Assembly: GCA_977020255.1 (NCBI GenBank) | Contig: CDROCS010000650.1 | Coordinates: 1 to 64,000, forward strand | DNA: 64,000 nt | Direction of reading: 5' to 3' | DNA from: Obrimoposthia wandeli | Taxonomy: Eukaryota | In this document: in pieces, positions 60,380 to 64,000 of the stretch | Layout of the letters: each line of letters opens with the position of its first letter | Numbering within the stretch: the first letter of the stretch is position 1 | Made by a program: the position numbers and the translations under genes | Notes under the pieces: generated by a model | Databases searched by the model: none | Told to the model about the DNA's origin: nothing | Seen by the model: the letters and a program-made list of their open reading frames with translations, nothing else

Positions 60380-63300
60380 AAAATACTAAAGAGCATTGCT
60401 TCGGATTTATGTGATACACAATTGTGGATTCACCTGTAAAACAAGATGTATCTGTCATTTTACATTCTGGATACTTCATCATTAGTTGTGTCTTTTTATC
60501 AAAATTGGCGGTCCATGTTTTTAATTCGATTTTGTAAGTTACATCCATTACTAACTCAGATACTTTGGTTCCACGCACGTTTTTTGTTTCTCCGTCACAG
60601 GATCCATCGGCCCATCGTTGTCCGACTCTCGTGACTGTTTCGTATCGTCTCACTCCAATTTTTACTTCAGGTTTGTAATTCTTGTCTACCTCTATCGTTC
60701 CCGTTCGAAATGCGTCTTCGCAATCTCTCGGCAAAACCTTATGTGCCTTGTACGGTGTGGTAGGTGTGATTTCTGACATAAAACTTCTATGACCACAATA
60801 GAATTCGTGATAACTTGAATGGATTGAACATTCTTTTACTTCTACTTGTACTTTATCAACATCCTGATACACAAAGTAGTTTTCAACACCTTGAACTTCT
60901 AATTTCGACGGTTGTGATTCTGGACAGTCTTCGCTGTCAAGCAGTGAATACTTTTGTCCCATCTTTGGTATGCTACAGTCATATGCTATCAATCCTGATG
61001 CCTGTTGCATTCCCATGAACATTACTAACATCATCATCATCATTGTTGTGGACATATTTGGTTGATTGTTTCTCTCTTTCGGACGGTATTGTTTATTTTC
61101 CTTTTGACGATTCTCATGACATTGTTCGTCATCGTCTTCATTCATTTCCACAATGGTTTTAGCGTAGTCACTTAATTTTGCCCAACCTCCGTTTTCGTCA
61201 ATTCGTCTCTGTAATACATTCTCGATCAAATACATCGCTTCATTTATTCCTTGTTTGACTTCGTGAGGTTGGCTCGTTCGTTCCGTCAATTGGAAACATA
61301 GATATGTGATTGCTGTAATTAACTTTTTATTTGTAGTCTGGTTTCCACATAGTCTCGCTAAAACTTCACCGTCATAAAATCTATCTATCGATGCATGGTA
61401 TACATGATTCGCGGTCATTCTCTTTACTGCAGACATCTGTGATCTGACTGCTTTAGTCAAATTGTCTGTTATATCGGTTGTTTCATCTCTGTACATTTTG
61501 AACAACTTCGGCTTCACTTGCCTGAGAATTCCCGTAAGTATATCTTTACTACTTGGAACTTCTGAATTCGTATCACCTCTGATATCTTCATTCCTCTCTG
61601 CGCTATACTGCTCTAATGACGCTGCTAACTGTCCAATACTTAGATGTCTCTCTTCATCAGTTTGTGGTGCTGTTAGAACATTTCGTAATATACTTTCGCC
61701 TTTTCTAGGTCTTCCCGGTCCTCTTCGAAAATACTGATACTCAGTTTGATTCTCTCCTGGATCATACGTTTCACCATTATACTGTATCTCTTGACTTGGT
61801 CCTTCTTCATGGCCAATCTCTTCACTTTGTCGCATCATTTGCTCTGCTTGTCTATCTTTGTATGCGGCATGCCAAATTGGTGAATCCAAATCTACAATCT
61901 CGGAGACTTCGTCTTCTCCTACTAGTTGGGTTACGGTTTCGTTTTGTCTCACTTGGTTAGCTGTATCCGTGACTTCATCTTGTCTGATTGGAATTATATC
62001 TGGTTCTGGTGGCACCTCGACCACTGGAGTTGTCAACTCATTTTCTAAATTCATGTCTTGTAATTCAGTTACGTACGGTTCTGGTGTGGATGTCTTGTTC
62101 CAAGCTTCAGCTACATCATTATCTCCGCTTTCACTTGAACTGTCTAAAATTTCTATAGGCGTTTTTATCATTTCTAACGCAGAATTCAATATCTCGGTTA
62201 ATCCTTCATTATCTACTAACTCTTGACGTCCTACAGTGATGACATCAATTTTTTCCTCTAATTCATTTCCTATCGGATATCCAAACTCGACTGGTACGTC
62301 CTCATCATCTAGTGATCTCCCTTTATAATGGAACAACATATTCATTCCATCAATTTCAAGTTTCTCAGCCAACGTTTTCCGAATCGTTTTCATTGTTTGA
62401 TACACGTTAAGTTTTTCATGTATTATCTGTCCGGAAATTAATCGAAGTGAAATTTTCATCGTTCCTTTTTGGTTCGATCTCTGTACGTAACGACCATAAC
62501 CTTTCAATAGTCCTCGGGGTACTTCTTTGTAACCCAAGTTATCATGACTATGTTTAACCAATTCTGCACGCACTTCTTCCAATCGGTGCACTTTAATTGT
62601 TTGCAATTTGGCCAGAACTTCTGGAGCTTCACTCGTTTCATCTAACGGTTGATTTAACGTCTCCTTAGCTTCACTAATTATCTTTTTTACATTTTCCATA
62701 CTCATAGCATTTCTTGCTGCTTCTACATGATCAGTCATAGGTTGTGCGTTACACGTTTTCTCTATTGGTGTCTCATACGCTTCTAATATTCTATTCATTA
62801 AATCATTCATCTCTTCTCTCGAGTGTAGACTTTTCTCTTGTTTCGACAACGTAGATGAATTTGCCATCTTTGTATGTGGTGAATCTTTAATTATTCCCAA
62901 CATTCGTTCAAATTTACTATCACTATCTTCAAAATCTATTTCGCGTCGAAGTTCGGTCTCGCGATTCCAATCACTGTCATCGCTTACATAACTAAAATTT
63001 CCTTTCGGTTTCGGCGAACTCTCTCGACTATTTGTCTTGTCGACATTATTATTATTATATCTACCAGAATTATTATATCTCTCAGCTCCTTGCTGTCCTA
63101 CGTAATTATTGTATCTCTCAGCTCCTTGCTGTCTGTCTGCATAGTTATTATATCTACCTGGTGACTGTTGTCTATCTGTATACTGATTATTCAGTCTCCA
63201 TGGCTGTGGAGTATATCCACCACCTCTATTCCATGGCGGAGGTGAATTATATCCTCTATAATTGTTTCCAAAATTATTATTACCGAAATTATTATTTCCA

Positions 63301-64000
63301 AATCTGTTAGTTCCGAACTCTTTACTTCTCGTACAATCTCTCGAATAGTGACCCATTTGCTTACACGTGTAACACATTATTCTCCCTCGAATATCTATCT
63401 TATTTTGTTCATCTTCGAACTGTACTCGACGACTATTCTGTCTATTATTGTAGCGTCCTCTAAAATCATTTCTTCGGAAATTCGATTCAAAACCGCTTCC
63501 TCGATTATTGAATCTTCCGTCACTATTTCCTGCATTATTTCCAAATCGAGAGTCACTTCGCTCTCCTCTGTTGGCGTTATAATTCCTATCGTCTCCTCTC
63601 CAAGGTTGGCGATTTCCTGAATTATCTCTATTAAATCTATTCCTGGAATCATCTCTATTTCTATTCCACGAATCATTATTATTTCTACCTCTTGAATCAT
63701 CTCGATTCCTGTTCCAAGACTCACTATTATTTCTACCTCTCGAATCATCTCGATTCCTACTTCGGAAATTATCTCTATTTCCGTTACTGGATTCATCTAC
63801 TTTTTCAAACTTATTTTGTCCATAATTTCGATTCTGAAAATTACTCGGTTCTGTTTTATTCACGAAGACCTTTGTCTTATCGTCGTCACCTGCAGTCATT
63901 GCGTAGATTGCCAATGCTGCATTATTCTTTATATTTTTCTCAATCTCTCTCGCCTTTCGCACGGCGTTATCAAAATCATTTGTATCCGATACTGCTAATA
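60366..64000 (-). CDS. gag: Gag C-terminus with CCHC knuckle, RGG/N-rich region, UBL, AT-hook, Bcl-2-like domain, internal signal peptide and Env N-terminus; open at the window edge
   Basis: The frame is open from 63998 (LAVSDTNDFDNAVRKAREIE). CYTCKQMGHYSRDC at 63333-63374, RRGPGRPRK at 61698-61727, IDENGGW at ~61182-61202, and MSTTMMMMMLVMFMGMQQASG|LIAYDC at 61055-60975. Confidence 0.9.
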   Translation of the reverse strand, partial: LAVSDTNDFDNAVRKAREIEKNIKNNAALAIYAMTAGDDDKTKVFVNKTEPSNFQNRNYGQNKFEKVDESSNGNRDNFRSRNRDDSRGRNNSESWNRNRDDSRGRNNNDSWNRNRDDSRNRFNRDNSGNRQPWRGDDRNYNANRGERSDSRFGNNAGNSDGRFNNRGSGFESNFRRNDFRGRYNNRQNSRRVQFEDEQNKIDIRGRIMCYTCKQMGHYSRDCTRSKEFGTNRFGNNNFGNNNFGNNYRGYNSPPPWNRGGGYTPQPWRLNNQYTDRQQSPGRYNNYADRQQGAERYNNYVGQQGAERYNNSGRYNNNNVDKTNSRESSPKPKGNFSYVSDDSDWNRETELRREIDFEDSDSKFERMLGIIKDSPHTKMANSSTLSKQEKSLHSREEMNDLMNRILEAYETPIEKTCNAQPMTDHVEAARNAMSMENVKKIISEAKETLNQPLDETSEAPEVLAKLQTIKVHRLEEVRAELVKHSHDNLGYKEVPRGLLKGYGRYVQRSNQKGTMKISLRLISGQIIHEKLNVYQTMKTIRKTLAEKLEIDGMNMLFHYKGRSLDDEDVPVEFGYPIGNELEEKIDVITVGRQELVDNEGLTEILNSALEMIKTPIEILDSSSESGDNDVAEAWNKTSTPEPYVTELQDMNLENELTTPVVEVPPEPDIIPIRQDEVTDTANQVRQNETVTQLVGEDEVSEIVDLDSPIWHAAYKDRQAEQMMRQSEEIGHEEGPSQEIQYNGETYDPGENQTEYQYFRRGPGRPRKGESILRNVLTAPQTDEERHLSIGQLAASLEQYSAERNEDIRGDTNSEVPSSKDILTGILRQVKPKLFKMYRDETTDITDNLTKAVRSQMSAVKRMTANHVYHASIDRFYDGEVLARLCGNQTTNKKLITAITYLCFQLTERTSQPHEVKQGINEAMYLIENVLQRRIDENGGWAKLSDYAKTIVEMNEDDDEQCHENRQKENKQYRPKERNNQPNMSTTMMMMMLVMFMGMQQASGLIAYDCSIPKMGQKYSLLDSEDCPESQPSKLEVQGVENYFVYQDVDKVQVEVKECSIHSSYHEFYCGHRSFMSEITPTTPYKAHKVLPRDCEDAFRTGTIEVDKNYKPEVKIGVRRYETVTRVGQRWADGSCDGETKNVRGTKVSELVMDVTYKIELKTWTANFDKKTQLMMKYPECKMTDTSCFTGESTIVYHINPKQCSLVFFERD

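Larger units (their letters stand above)
44078..64000 (-). mobile_element. Giant enveloped Ty3/gypsy LTR retroelement (Burro-like); 5' part lies beyond the window
   Basis: Gypsy order PR-RT-RH-IN, gag zinc knuckle, an LTR with terminal inverted repeats and many accessory domains; at least 19.9 kb lies inside the window. Confidence 0.92.

Noticed and set aside
51380-60390. Programmed ribosomal frameshifts at the ORF junctions
   Set aside because: The breaks fall inside single domains (Env, BIR, RT, IN, DSP), go in both directions, and I saw no clear slippery heptamer plus structure. Errors or mutations are more economical; not formally excluded.
48878-63998. Plus-strand and alternate-frame ORFs over the element (e.g. 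52081, 56864, 58525, 61858, and 63395-63796 minus)
   Set aside because: Shadow frames of the biased coding strand, with no motifs.

Overview
AT-rich animal genomic DNA; a triclad flatworm (planarian) is my best guess, inferred from composition and element type only. There are three zones. (1) 1-8.8 kb: two satellite arrays (~133-bp and ~177-bp monomers). The second forms a ~1.45-kb higher-order repeat that ends in a 250-bp foldback joined to a BEL/Pao integrase remnant. (2) 10.8-41.3 kb, minus strand: a complete long-isoform capicua (cic) gene, reconstructed by hand as 18 phase-consistent exons (~1774 aa), with decayed transposons in its introns. (3) 44.1-64 kb, minus strand: the 3' ~20 kb of a giant Ty3/gypsy LTR element resembling the 'Burro' class described from Schmidtea. 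Its coding region reads as one polyprotein of more than 5000 aa, broken only by single-base slips in homopolymers. Domain order: Gag-zinc knuckle, ubiquitin/SUMO-like, AT-hook, Bcl-2-like, class III (chuvirus-like) Env, protease 1, BIR-BIR-RING (IAP), protease 2, RT, RNase H, integrase, three DBB/IPT-like repeats, active DSP, dead DSP, three type-I membrane proteins. Three stand-alone RING-H2 genes follow, each with a splice acceptor directly before its ATG, then a 2.5-kb LTR with hairpin and 63-bp arrays. The best candidate for a new system is this enveloped retroelement carrying a large-DNA-virus-like anti-apoptotic and signalling-interference kit, with an apparent spliced accessory-gene programme. 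All domain calls are by eye, with no database searches.
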